Source of the DNA: Camelus dromedarius
Taxonomy: Eukaryota
Length of the DNA: 64,000 nt
Direction: 5' to 3'
Assembly: GCF_036321535.1 (NCBI RefSeq)
Contig: NC_087436.1
Coordinates: 46,688,001 to 46,752,000, forward strand
Part shown: in pieces, positions 25,971 to 39,029 of the stretch
How the letters are laid out: the number at the start of each line of letters is the position of its first letter
How positions within the stretch are numbered: the stretch's first letter is position 1
Made by a program: the position numbers and the translations under genes
The notes under the pieces: generated by a model
Told to the model about the DNA's origin: nothing
What the model saw: only the letters and a program-made list of their open reading frames with translations
Database searches by the model: none

Positions 25971-28900
25971 CACTTAGTCAATAATATGGGGAGGAGGGAA
26001 GCAGCACCCTTTCTGATTCACACAAGAACATCATGGTGTTCCTGTTTCCCTGGCCATTCCTCTTCCTGGAATTCTCTTCCCCTGGTATCAGCACGGCTTA
26101 CTCTTACTTCCTTTACTTGTTTGCTCAAGATAACTTTTCAGTTCACTATCCTAACTATCCTATTTAAATGGCACATTTCTATTCTTTATTGGCCCTTATA
26201 GATCCTCCCACCCTGTTTTTTTCCCCCACACTTATCATTTTCTATATATTATATATTTGCTTATTGTGTTTATTATGTGTTGTCTGTCTCCATTAGAACT
26301 ATGCTCCACAAGGTAGGGATTTTTGTCCTTTAAAAAAATTTTTGTTGACTGATATATTTTTAGTTCCTAGAGCAATGCCTGCCAAACAGTAAGAAAATTT
26401 TTAAGTGAATGGATGAGATTGGAGCTTATCAAGAATGGTGAGAGCATTTGGACTTGCACCACATACTCCAGAAGAACTTAAAGTTAAGAATTTAACATTA
26501 TTTCTAGATTATTTATATTAGGTTATATTATATTATTTAAATTAGATTATTTTTATAGTCATTGATATACAGGAAGATTGAAAGACTTTCACTATAGAAC
26601 TTGTATGCTTTGTTCTGTAACTTGGTGTCACAGCCTGCAGGGCTCCATGAATTAATGAATTTTATTAGTACTGTGATTATTTGTGAGTAGCTCAATTATA
26701 TTACACTGTATTTTGTGTATTAAAATCATTAAGTGGTCCAATGTAAACACTTAAAATATGTCATAGTAATCTTGCTTTGGCGTGTCTTCCTTTTTAAATT
26801 GACACTTGAGAACCTCAAGAAAAGTAGCAGGAGTGGCCCAAGCCTTTCTCAGCCTCTGAGAGGCCCTGGCAGAAGACTACTGTTCATCTTACACAGTCGC
26901 TTCGAGTCTCCTGAACTACTCCTGAGCCCTTTTGCTAATTGTGTCACCTGAATCTTTAATTGCTTTGCCAGTTTGAGCTGTAATTTAAATAAAATTTTTG
27001 CTACAAAGAGTTAAAATATCAGAGCATTTTAACCAGTCTAAAATTTAGAAATAGGAATTTGAGACAAATTAGGTTTTTCTAATAGAAATGTTCTGAGCCT
27101 AAAGCCCTAAAGGAGAGTAAGGAAACCAATTAACTTTAATTTAAATAATCATGTCTTAAGTAGCAAATGAACCAAATTCTATTGTTAAAGAACAACTGTA
27201 TTAAATCCCTGAAAGGTTAGCTTCAAAATGGCATTAATGCAGTGGTTTCGTGTCTAACTAATGAAATAAGTTTCTGTTGGTCACTGTAACCTCTGTTTGT
27301 TGTCTTACTGGACATTGTATTGAGTGTAGAGGAGGGGAGAGATTGAGAGATCAAGGAAGGAATAATTCCCATTGATATTCCTATTGTTAGTAACCTTTTT
27401 TTAAAAGCCACAAACAAAAAGCTAATCATTTTATTCCTGGGAAAAAACAGTATAAGAAAATGTGGGAAAAGCTTATTTTCTTATTCTAAACCTTGTGTAT
27501 ATATATATGACTTTCTGTTTGTATTTGCTATTTTAAAATAATGTATTTATGATGATTGAGATCACTATGACTACAAAGACTGAACTTCAGCCAATGTCTG
27601 TAAGCATTAAAGCAGCCATCAACAATGTATTAAGGTATATATTATGCTATACTCTGGTACTGGGTCAATGCCTGGAGATGTATTTTGGATGAGTTTATAT
27701 AATAGAAGAGAGAGAACAGGAGTTTGGCAGGCAGACAGTTTGAAGTCAGGTCATGGGAGGGTTTAAATGTTACTCTCAAAGACTTAAATGCTATTTCTCT
27801 CACGCATTCTCTATTTCTTCAGTCCTCACGTGCTACCTTGAGACCTTAGAAAGGCCAGGTTAACCTCACTGAGACTGTCTTCCTATGTGTAAGATGGGGA
27901 TAATAATCCTATATTATAGGTATGCCTGGAGAATTAACAGATGTAAAGCATATGACTGAGGCTGGCACACAGTGGAAGCTTAATAAATCTTGGTCTTAGT
28001 ACTGTTTTCTAGAAATGAAACACTGCTTCTGCTCTCCTTATTAACTAATTTTGCACATCAGTGTCATATCCTATGCTCTGCTAATGTTTGTTATGTTCTT
28101 GAGAGAACCTTTTTATTTCCTGTGGCATCTTGGGGAAGAAGTCTAAAGAAACTGGTATAGAATTTACTAAAATGGAAATTAGCCTGGGTTGACAGGCAAG
28201 GGCAAAAAGAGTTAAAAGGGTTAGTATATCAAAGCCTTGACTTTCTGGAGTTACTTTTTTCTTCAAAACATAGCCTCTGCCTTTGCTGGCAATGTGACCT
28301 GTACCTTGTTCCAATTATTTATGCTAATCAAGGTAATTTTTTTTCTGTGAAGGATTTGATGAGATGATGCTATAGAAAAATCCAGTGCATTTCCATTATT
28401 GCTTGCTCAACCGCAATACTATTTTGTAGCAAGAGGAAAATAATTGCGGAATGCTCCTCTACCCCCACATAGGAAGTACATAATATCATGTTTGTGTTGA
28501 AACTTTCTCTTCCAAAATGTCATAACCCCATACGAAAGAGAATTAAAATCCCATTATTTTAATCTACATCTTGCCACAAGATAAGTAAAGTTATCATTGA
28601 AATTCTAATTAAATGGGATGATTGACTAAGGTAGCACATCAAAGAAGAGAAGTGAATATGATAAGTCGAAGACTTATTAATTAGTCTGCGTGGAAGAAAT
28701 TCCAGGGATGTCAAGCTGAGCCTGCTGCAAGGAGAAAAAAAAGCAGACAAGAAAACGCTCGTTTCTTTGAAGTTAGGAACTGAGATAGTGATGGAGGTAA
28801 TTGTGTCTGACTGGATCCAGTAATGAAGAGCTGTAAATCAGACCTCAGAATCGAAGGAAAGATTCAAGTAACGAACGCGGCCGCCCCCCCTGCTGCGAAG

Positions 28901-29836
28901 AAACAGAATGCAGAGCGCACTAATTGACCCAGCCTATTTCCCAGTAGTTCCCTGTTATTATTTATTAATTTTTAATTTCTGAATTATTTACGTCCTGGGA
29001 AATTATTCTTGACAGCCTGTTAGGCGTGCCAGAGTTAATGGAGGATGAAAGCACTGGTACCAGAATTAGCAGGGATGTAGTCACAGGCTACTGGATTTAA
29101 CGATTTTGGAAGGAAAAATTGATTTCACACAGCGTGTCACTTTATACTACTTTAGGGATACACCAGCTATTTGATTAATTGAGGAATAACCAATTCAAAG
29201 TATATTTGAAGTGTAAATGAGTCACACTGCTCAGCTGTTTATTTTTCCCTCTTTCTGAGAGATCTGAATTTTCTTGAAACTGATGATTAAAAGCTGATGA
29301 AGACACACTTGCGCGCTTTGAACGTACACCTGTTTGATTCGTATTAAACACAGAAGGGAAGAAAACCCTGAAATACAAAAGGAGATATTTTTACTTTTCT
29401 TCTTTCTCCCTTCTGATCTCTTTGTGATTTTTTTTTTTTTTTTCACTTCAGCATGTGGTATAGCAGTAGTTGGAACCTGCATTCCTTAAAAACTAGGCTC
29501 GGGAAGTTTCTCATTTGTTTTATGGCCTATGAACACAAGTAGAAAGAAGCAATGCCTGCTAATGAATAGAAAGAACAAATAGAAGGAAAACATACTAAAG
29601 GGAAACAATGACTTTAGTGAATAAGGTCAGAGGATTAATATATTAGGAAAATGAGTGAGGCAGAAATCGACCATCACTACCCAGCCTAAAAGCTCTGCGT
29701 CATTCGTGGCTTCTCCCTTTCTGGGCAACCACATTAGCCTTGGTGCGTCTGCTACTCTCACCTTTGTTCATCTCTCTTTGGCCTAGTCCTCTGACTGTCT
29801 GAAGTCAAATCTTCCTCTTCCACTGTATTTGACATC

Positions 29837-29998
29837 AGTGCTTCTCAAAGTTTAATGTGCACCCAGATCACTTGGGGGTTCTGGCTGCTTTGCAGGTTTA
29901 GATTCAGTGAGTCTGGGACGGAGGCTGAGAGTCTCCTTTTTTGATAGGCTCCCAGGTGAAGTTCATGCTGCTGGTCCTTGACCAGTCTTTGAACAGCA
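29837..29998. mobile_element. MER5A/B-like element
   Basis: cagtgcttctcaaagtt..gattcagtgagtctggg..ctcccaggtga..tgctgctggtcc..ctttgaacagca. Confidence 0.75.
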
Positions 29999-30039
29999 AA
30001 GTCCTTCAAAACTCTAACAGTCTCATTTTCTTTAAAAAA

Positions 30040-30540
30040 TTGCTTTTAAGCACATAACTCTCTCATTCAGAAACCGTAAGTGATTTCCAATACCTACAAT
30101 TAAACACAGATTCCTTAGCCCGGCATTCAAGATCTTCCTCATATGATCAGTCTGCCGTCCTGGGCCTATCCTTCATTTCCCAGCTCCATGCTTTTGTTTA
30201 TGCTATTTCTTCTTCCTGAAATGCCCCTGTCTGTGGAAAGTCTACCAGTGCCTCAAGATGTATGTCAAATGTCACATCCCCAATGTTGGCTATTCTAACC
30301 TTTTCCCATTCAATAAGACGTGTTCTCCTTCAAATGCTTTCTCTCATACTTTAGTTTTACCTCTTCCTTGCCATGTGATTATCTTCAATCTTACATTGTT
30401 GTCGTTAATGTACCTATTTTTCCCTATGCACATACAGGATTGTGAGTTGTGTAAGGGTAGGGACTGTGCCTTATCCTTCCCAAGTGCAGGTGCAGAGCAT
30501 AGAGTACATAGCTAACAAATATATCTAGTGAAACTGAACT
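30040..30540 (+). mobile_element. L2 fragment
   Basis: ccttagcccggcattcaag..; tgtgagttgtgtaagggtagggactgtg..; 3' end near 30520. Confidence 0.55.
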
Positions 30541-32059
30541 ATTCCCTCCATGGTCATCCTACCCTTGCAAATTTGTAGCATCTCTGGAATTCTTTAAAAT
30601 AGCCCACAAATTCTGATTTTTGCTACTTCGCTTATTCATTTATCCACATATCTGCTTACTCACAAGCATTTGAATGTTTTCTTTGTGCTAGGTGCAGAGC
30701 CTGGGGCTGCAGATAGACAAGTGAAACAGCAGTCCTTGTCCCCCAAGAACCATCCCCCCAACTTTTTTGTCCTGCTTTACCAACTTTATATTTCCTAACT
30801 CCAACCCCAAAACTTATCTAAGCAATATTTATTCACCCTAATTTTTTTAAAAAGCAAAAAAAATTTTGGTAGTTCTTGTAACTATAGTAGGACCAAGCAT
30901 CATTACCTCAGAACATGGATTCTCATGAATCCTGAGGATTTTATCTAGACTTTGCATATATTCATTCTCCTCTCTGAAAGATTTGGAAATCCTTAAAGTC
31001 TTGCCCATTTAACCATAAATTTCCACCTTATCCCCACTCCCCACAATACCCATTTTTCAGCATTGTACCAGTTCTCAAACCATTGCTTCTACCTGTCCTA
31101 AACTCCTTAAGGTAAGATTGCATAGCATATTTAACAAATTTAACCAACACCAAAATTATTCTCGAGTTCTTTCCTCTTCTTTTCTTCTCTCCTCTTTTTT
31201 CCATCTCTTTCTCTTTATCTCATGCCCTTACCTTCTTGTACTTACTGTCCTTAACCACTATACCCATCCAAATGTAGAGGGAAGAACATTTTTTTAAAAA
31301 CCTAATTTCATATCTACCATAAAGATTCAGACAAAAATAAACCACAAGAAATTGTGTCATGGAGTGTATGATGTAGAAATGTCCAAGAGTCTAACTATAA
31401 ATAAAACAGAGACAAATAAAATTGTATTGTGGTTCTTTGATGGTGAGCCAGCTCTGGCTAACAAGCAAGAAGAGAAGGATTCAAGGGTTTCCCAGAGAAT
31501 ATAAGATAGAATTCAATAGAATTGAATTTAGGTGAGCAAGAATGCCACCCAATAAGAGACTGGTCCCTCAGTGCCCAGGCTAAGAGGACCTGCTTGGGTC
31601 TGGATCTTACTCTGTTTCCTAGGGATTGACTTATGAGTAGAGAAACCCAAAGAAGGAAAAAGACTAGAGTCGGTCCATTCTCCTTGGGGAGACTGGTTAT
31701 TGATTCCTGTATCCCCAGAGATGTCTTTATTCCAGTTCTTCTTGAGTCATCACTGTACAGCTTTTACATCAACTGATAATTTTATCACTGGCAACCAAAG
31801 AACTCTAAGTGATACCAGAGACAGTTATAGTAGTAGGTGTTCAGTAGAGGTTTGTTTATTATCCACATAGTGTATTAGATATAAATTTTATACAGCCTAC
31901 AGGGACAACTCCCTAGCCTCTTAATACGCAAGGATTTTACCTTTGTGCCTTTGCTCAAGCTTTCCCGTCTGCCTACGATGTCATCCACCCTGCTTACCCT
32001 TCTCTTTTCTTATTGTTTAACATTCAATATCACCCAAAGGAGAGAATCAAGTTATTCTA

Positions 32060-32900
32060 AGTTTTATTATGAAAAAATTCCATGTATATCAAAGTTAAAA
32101 AACTATACAATGAAACTCACATATCCTCTGCCTGGATTCAATAATTGTTAACATTTTGCTGTAAAGGCCTTGTATTTTTTCAAGTAAATTTTTCATCATG
32201 ACATTCTCTGCTAAACACTCACCATACAATTCCTAAGAATAAAGATATACCCCTATATAACACAATTCCATTATTATGCCTCAGAAAATTAATAGTAATT
32301 CCATATTGGATTAATCTAATTGTTTCAAGAATGCCTTTTATGTCTCTTTAAAGAAAAAACAAGATCAAATCAAGTTGTTCATTCATTATACTTGGTTATT
32401 AGCTTTCTTTAGTCACTTTTCATATAGAACAGTGTACTACTTTATCATGACATTGACTCTTTGAGCGCTGCCGACCAGTTATCTTGTAGAATGTCTCACA
32501 TTCTGGGTTTGTCTAATTATGTTCCTCATTTATTTATTTACTTAAAAAAATTTTTTAATGGAGGTACCGGGACCTTGTGCTTGCTAAGCATACACCCTAC
32601 CACTAAGCTATACCCACCCCCACCTTATGTTACTATTTGACTAGTTCCTCTATCTCCTATGCTTTTGGTAAACTGAAAGTTAGGTCTAAAGGTTGATTAA
32701 ATTCATGCTAAACATTTTTAGCAAGACTTGCTTCTTGGGTGATGTTGTGTATCTTTCATCATATCAGGAGGCGTGTTGTATCTGGTTGTCCCACTATTAG
32801 TGATGCGAAATTTGATCACTTGATCAAGATATGGCCCCAGGATCACTCTGTTTTAAAGTTAAAATTTTCACTATTTTTCAATCTTCAGATCAAATGTGAT
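32060..32900 (-). mobile_element. Old L1 3'UTR fragment
   Basis: gttatcttgtagaatgtctcacattctgggtttgtct; tctggttgtcccactattagtgatg..tttgatcacttg. Confidence 0.6.
32528..32624 (-). mobile_element. Vic-1-like tRNA-Ala-derived SINE with B-box deletion
   Basis: Minus strand gggtatagcttagtggtagggtgtatgcttagcaagcacaaggtcc..ggtacctccatt; flanks ttatgttcct (32517) and ttatgttact (32625). Confidence 0.75.
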
Positions 32901-33719
32901 ACTTTAATCCCTCCACCTATGCATTAATTGTCTCTTACTTTGTTAGAGATATATCTGTATTGTAATACTTCTACTTGTACTATGGTAATAGTTTTGACGT
33001 ATGTTTTTCGTTAGTAGATGGTGAAATCCTTAAGGGGAAGGTTGATATTTTATTAATTTTACTTTCTTTAAATTCTCTCTGAGGAATGAAGTGAGGTATA
33101 AATGTATAAATAAAATGCATTTCATTTATATTTGAAATTCTAATCTCCGGCATATGGGAGATTCTTTATAAGGAATGATTGAGCCCTAGCTACTCCATCC
33201 ATCAGAGTGGCCTATCAGTGAATGAAATAATTTTGACTTTACGCATTTGTCACAAATTGTTTTTACTGACCTTTGGAAACACAGTTGCAAATAGCTGGTA
33301 GCTGCACCATTTGAAATAGTGGAGTCTGGAGGATACTCCTAAAGATCCATGGTCATTCATTATTAGTCAAGTCCCTACACAAGTCTTATACTGAGAGGAT
33401 TATTTTACTGGGTTCTGGTTTATGGGGTTCAAGTATTATCCAATCTGTTCGGCTCATGAGACCAGATAACTCTATCAAAAATGAACTGGCAGGTTTTTAC
33501 TCATTAACAGTTCTGAAAGACTCACTGAGAACAACCTCCTTAAAGAAAAGGCAGTCAAAGAAAGTTTCAACGGCAGTATATATTATTAATACTTAAAAGG
33601 CCAAAGCCTATAGCTGATAAGACAAAGCAAAGGGAAAGTATAGAAACTCATTGGGTGGGATGTTTATAGCTGATACCAGCATAGGAATGAAGAATGATTC
33701 AAACTGTCAGTTATTAAGG

Positions 33720-34740
33720 AATATTACAGAATGCTTCTGGGATAGGAACAGATCAATGAAACAGAGTGGAGAGTTCAGAAATAGAGCTGTGTTTATGGGA
33801 ATTTGATATATGATGAATGTGGTACCACAAAAAATGGAAAAGGATGCCTTGTTTGGTATATGACATTAAGAAAACTGGCTCTTCACCTGAAGAAAAGCTG
33901 AACTTCTGACTCAACACTATGCACAGATGAACTCTAGATGGATTAAAGACCTAGGTGAGAAAGGTAAAAATACACAGCCAGTAGAAGAAAATGAAGAATG
34001 TCTTTGAGAAGCTTACTAAACTGTGAAAGCACAAATTGTGAATGAAAAATACTGATGGTTTACACTGCTACCATGAAAAGTGACCTCCTCCAGCCTGGTC
34101 CTGTGGTCCTGCTTTTCAGTAGGGCTGCTAGGTCCTCACTGAAGACAGAGCATTAACCTCTATTCTTAGAGCTCAGGCTCAGTAAGCTTCCTGGCTTGTC
34201 ATTTTCATGTTCTTAAAGATAATGACTACCATTTTAAGGTTTATGTGAATTTGTATTATCCATATATGTTGAATTCCTAAGGTGCACAAACTCATATTAC
34301 TGGCGAAGATCTTGCCACAAAGGCTCGGCTGGATGAGGTTACAGCAGTAGTTGGAGTGTGTCATGTAGGATTGGGAGGGTTTGGCATGAAAACTCTGTGG
34401 GGTCATTTCTGCCATTCTAAGCAAGTGATTCCTCCTCTGTACATTGCTGACACATCTGAGCACCCTAACTCCCAGGGCTACTGGCAAGGGACAAATGTGG
34501 CAACGCAGGAGTTAGGTGTGGATGAGCGCTTGATGTATTGGAAAGAACTATGCACGAATAAATTTCTTAAAGTCAAAAAAAAAAAAAGAAAAATTGATGG
34601 TTTAAGTACATCAATATTAAGGCTTTTTCAATGTTCAATGAAGGATACCAAAAACAGACTATGCTTTAAAAAAAAAAAAAAACCTGACAGGGAGCGAATA
34701 CTTGCAGCATTGAAAACTAACAAAGGATTAATATCTAGAT
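33720..34740 (+). mobile_element. L1 ORF2 fragment, interrupted at 34063-34587
   Basis: acagatcaatgaaacagag..cagaaatagag; gatggattaaagacctag; caaaggattaatatctaga. Confidence 0.75.
34063..34587 (+). pseudogene. 5'-truncated polyadenylated retrocopy of an unidentified transcript (3'UTR-like)
   Basis: AATAAA at 34557-34562, A13 at 34575-34587, flanking repeats gaaaaat(ac)tgatggttta (34044-34062) and gaaaaattgatggttta (34588-34604); L1 sequence on both sides. Confidence 0.75.
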
Positions 34741-36280
34741 CAATGCTGTCCACTAAAAATATAATTTTAAGCCACATATGTAACTTAACGTATTCTAGTA
34801 ATCACATTAAAGAATAAAAAGTGAAATTAATTTAATAATATTTTTACCCAATATACCCAAAATATTAGCATTTTAGCATGTATTCCAAAAAGAAAATTAT
34901 TATTGAGATATTAAAAATTTTTTAATACTAAGTACTTGAATTCTGGTGTGTGTTTTACACTTACAGCACATTTCAATTTAGATAATACATTTTCATTGGA
35001 AATATTTATATTTCATAAAAGGTAGACTCACATACCTCAGTTGTTCTAACATACTTAAAAATTTTCCAATAAATGTATTAAGTTCCAAAAACCTTTGCCT
35101 TTAATATTTATTCATGTTGACAAAACTGGTTCATCTTTTTTTAGAAGAATTTATTTGACTTTGAAGCAAAAACATGTCAATTTTAAAACCACATTAATTC
35201 AAGTTAAGTAAATTCACTAACTCCTGTTACTTAGAATTATTAAATATTGAGTTCAAAACGGCATTGTATAATTTGAAAAGCTACTCTAAACTTACCAATA
35301 CTAGCAAAGCATTCTTCAAATTTTTTCTTGTTTTTTTCTTCTTACAATCAAATTATATAATGCCATTAATTATAATTAGAATCTCCTGAACTTTGACTCA
35401 TATTAGAAAAATGTATAAAATCATTATTATTGGTTTGTATTATAAAGAGTTTCAGTATCAACATAAATTCTTGTACCTGTCTAGTTAAATCAAATATAAC
35501 CTCTTTTGGAGTTTTAAATGTAGTTTGTCAATATGTAGTTTGATACCTGTGAGAAAATGAAAATCACACTGTTATTTTCTGCCTTTGGTTATCAGATATT
35601 CAGCACGCATTCCTTTCATTTCAGGAAAACCTTAAGTTGGGCTTAATTCCTTCCATGACTATTATCAATGGGCATTGGCAACGAGCACTAACAAAATCAC
35701 TAAAATCATTGTCTTCTGTTTCTTTCAACGCTTCCATAAGTTGGCAGTGATTCATAGCATTTGTGCATATATGCCAAATGACTTTTGAACAGCTACACTC
35801 ATAACACTTTTCATAGAGTCTGCTTCAGAATACTGAGCACAAATATTTTCAGTACTCTGGAACGAAGCAGTATGGGAAATAGCAGTCTCTTTATTTAAAA
35901 TTCCAATAAATCTGGATTTTTGACCCATTGGAAGTGGACTACCACATGTCATGTTAGAAACACATTTTTTATGTCTAGCTGAAATTTTTTGATGGCTGTA
36001 AAATATTAAAAACAAAAAACAAAACAAAACAAAACTCTGCACCACAAATTCAAGTCTCAGTCCATGAGAAATGAGTGACAGATGGATGCTATGGTTACCT
36101 CCCATCAGGGCCCTAAGCTGTCTTTGCCCTCCTATCCTCCAGTATTCTTGCCGGCGATTCCGGCTGATCACAAACGTAGGGCATGTGAATCTGTGATGCA
36201 GTCCACAAAGGTCAGCCTCGATGACACGTTACGGTGTAGAAACAAACTCTGCAGTACACCATGTCTTCCCCTTTGTTGAT
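34741..36280 (-). mobile_element. hAT-Charlie transposon (MER3/MER33-type terminus, Charlie5-like) with transposase remnant
   Basis: Terminus caatgctgtccactaaaaat. ORF 35752..36171(-) contains GQKSRFIGIL..ENICAQYSEADSMKSVMSVAV, resembling the Buster/Charlie transposase catalytic region. Confidence 0.75.
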
Positions 36281-37102
36281 TTTTCTCTTTTATTTTGGAG
36301 GGACCATCTTCTCACTATCTCCTTGGTAAAGAGTACATAGGAATTAAGTTTTTGAGACCTTAAATATCTGAAGATGTCTTTATTCTTCCCTCATATGCAT
36401 GTGATAGTTTGGCTGAATCTAGAATTGCAGTAGGAATATTTTTCCTTGGGAATTTTGAAGGTCTTTCTCGCTTGCCTTATTGTGATTGAGAAATCTAAAG
36501 TCGTACTGATTCCTGATCCCTCGTATGTAACTTGTTTCCCTCTCTGAAAGTTAATGGGATCTTCTCTTGGTCCCCAGTATTCTGAGATTTCACAATCATG
36601 TTCCTTGATACAGATCTATTCCAGTCTTTTTGGGGGAGACAGAAGGGTGGTAGGGAACTCAGTGGGCCCTTTCCATCTAGCAACTCATGTCATTAGTTCT
36701 GAGAAATTTTTGTTGACTTATTTTATTGACAGATTTTTCACTTTGTTTTCTCTGTGCTCTTTTCTAGGAAAAAAATCCATTACTAAGATGCCTCCTGTCT
36801 GTTCCTTTTATTTTTCTTATGTCTTTTCTCTTATTTTCCTTTCTCTTTTGTCTTTTTGCTCTACTTTCTCAGATCTTTTTCAATGTTATCTTCCAATTCT
36901 ATTGAATTTTTAAATTTTTAGCTATTTTGTAATTTTCTGGAGCTATTTTTACTCACTGAGTTTTCCTTTTATATAGCACCTTTGAAAAAAAAGTTTCACA
37001 AGGGTAATCTTTTCTGATCAGAAGATACTAATAGTTTTGTTGAAGTGTTCTCTCTTGCTTCTCTCTCTCTAGTCTCCATTTTCTATAAGTTACTTTCTTT
37101 TT

Positions 37103-37432
37103 TTAATTTTCAAAATATTTTTTAAATTAAAAAATTTTTAATTGAAGTGTAGTTGATTTACAGTGTTAGTTTCAGGTGTACAGCAAAGTGATTCAGTCAT
37201 ACATCTACATACATATATTTTCTTTCTTTTCAGATTCTTTTCCATTATATGCTATTATAAGAAATTGAATATAGTTCCCTGTGCTATACAGTAGGTCCTT
37301 GTTGTTTATCTGTTTTATTTATAGTAATGTGTGACTTTTTTCTTTTAATGGAGTTACTGAGGAAAGAACCCAGGACCTTCTGCATGCTAAGCATGTGCTC
37401 TCCCACTGAACTACACCCTCCACCTTCTCCAG
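37103..37432 (-). mobile_element. Composite Vic-1-like SINE head plus L1 3' end under one TSD
   Basis: tRNA-Ala-like head ~37345-37424, L1 3'UTR ~37140-37335, A-rich tail; exact 14-bp repeat gttactttcttttt at 37089-37102 and 37433-37446. Confidence 0.75.
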
Positions 37433-37589
37433 GTTACTTTCTTTTTGTTCATGGGTTTTGGCCTCTGTTGTCTATGCTGGAGGTCTTCCTCAAGTTTTTG
37501 GTCATACTCTCTTATATGTTCATGATTAAGAATGAGGGGCTGAAATATAATTGGTTGCCCTGAGTACTTTGATGAGGCTTGTTTCCTTT

Positions 37590-37843
37590 TTTATTTTTTT
37601 TAATTTTGAGGAGGCAATAATTTGGTTTTATTTATTTATTTATTTAAAAATTCTCTATAATTGTAGAGTCCCTAATTTAATAAATATTACCTATTTCTAA
37701 ATTCTGCCCCACTTTGTTTTATTTATTTCGGGGGGCAATTAGGCTTATTTATTTGTTTATTTAATAGCGGTACTGGGGATTGAACCGAGGACCCTGCATG
37801 CTCAGCATGCACTCGACCGCTGAGCTATACCCACCCCACCCCA
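37590..37843 (-). mobile_element. Vic-1-like SINE with extended double tail
   Basis: Head gggtatagctcagcggtcgagtgcatgctgagcatgcagggtcctcggttcaatccccagtacc; flanks aggcttgtttccttt (37575-37589) and aggtttgtttccttt (37844-37858). Confidence 0.8.
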
Positions 37844-39029
37844 AGGTTTGTTTCCTTTGAATGACACTGTCAGGTGATACGGATGGGCTGCTTGTTGGTG
37901 AACTCCTGATGTGAGTATTTGCAAATCTTTCCTCTTAGGCTAGTTATGTTTAGCAGAAAAGAATTTTCCAATCTCCTGCTTAGAGGGAAATGGTCGGCGG
38001 CTGGCATTCTGGGAGCCAAGTCAGGGAAGAGATAGAAGTTGTTGGTACTTAGCATTCAGTCATGACATCTCTCTGTATTTGGTATGATAATAATAACATA
38101 CCTTCGTTTATGTTTAATGTCTCACAGTCCAGAGGCCTTCTGTATTTGCTTCTATTATAGGGAGAATTAACTATTATACTATATAGTTTGTATGTATATT
38201 TATTTAATGTAAGTACTATATATATTAAAATATAGCAATGTGCAATGTGAGCAAAGATGTAGAGAGCTGGCCTGGAGGAACAGCTTTCACCCAGCCCTCC
38301 CTACCTTAGCCTCCTAGTTACTTTAGCCTCTCCTTTACACCTGCTACACCAAGCAAAGGTGTATGGTGCTGCCAGTTGTCAGTCTGCTTTCTAGATTCCA
38401 AAATTTTACTGCTCTTGTATTCTCTTGTGTTCACTTTCATGTAGGTTTATGCCTTTTAAAGAAAATCTCTTTACTCAAGTTTTAGTGGAATTTTTCAGAG
38501 AAGCAAAATCAGATGTGTGGTTTACTCTACCATCTTAACCCAGAAAACCATTTAGGTCACTTTTGCTTCTTTTAAAATGAGCAATGAGTCAGTAGTTTCA
38601 TGTTACTGAGATAAAGACCAATGAGAGTGTTCTTCTGTCTCCTTTATTCTCTCTCCATGATAATGCAAAACAATATTTAGATTGTACAAGTACGTATTCA
38701 TTTAAGCCCTCTGCTGTTGAGAAAACTAGTTTTGAAAGTTTGAACAGTCTGAACAGCTGCATTTTGGTCCTTGAAGCCAACTCAGAGGGATTTTTCCACA
38801 ACCCGCGACCAAACTTGATGCACACAATGGATGTTTATTTAAGGAACAGAGGCATCCATCTTATTACCTCTCCTAGGTGAGAAATGATTAGTGTCCCTGA
38901 GAGCAAATTCAAACTATTCTTTCTCATTTGAGGAAATACAATGTTGTTTTTCTCTAGTAAACACGCTAAACAGAATGCAAGTGTAATTTCTTAACAAGAA
39001 ATTTTTCTTAGGTTACTTATTACACAATT

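Larger units (their letters stand above)
36300..38550 (-). mobile_element. L1/HAL1 ORF1-region fragment with younger nested insertions
   Basis: ORF 36495..36683(-) SRNMIVKSQNTGDQEKIPLTFRE resembles L1 ORF1p PRHIIVKF..DKEKIL..RE. Confidence 0.6.

Noticed and set aside
34356..34817. Longest ORF (153 aa)
   Set aside because: It runs across the retrocopy, poly(A), L1 and Charlie junctions, and its lysine runs come from A-tracts; a chance ORF.
35752..36171. 139-aa ORF as a domesticated transposase
   Set aside because: Only a fragment: the CxxH region appears lost, it includes a simple-repeat-derived stretch, and the surrounding frame is broken.
37762..37835. tRNA-Ala-like sequence as a real tRNA gene
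   Set aside because: It has a SINE tail, a TSD and stem mismatches, and related degenerate copies occur at ~32560 and ~37350.
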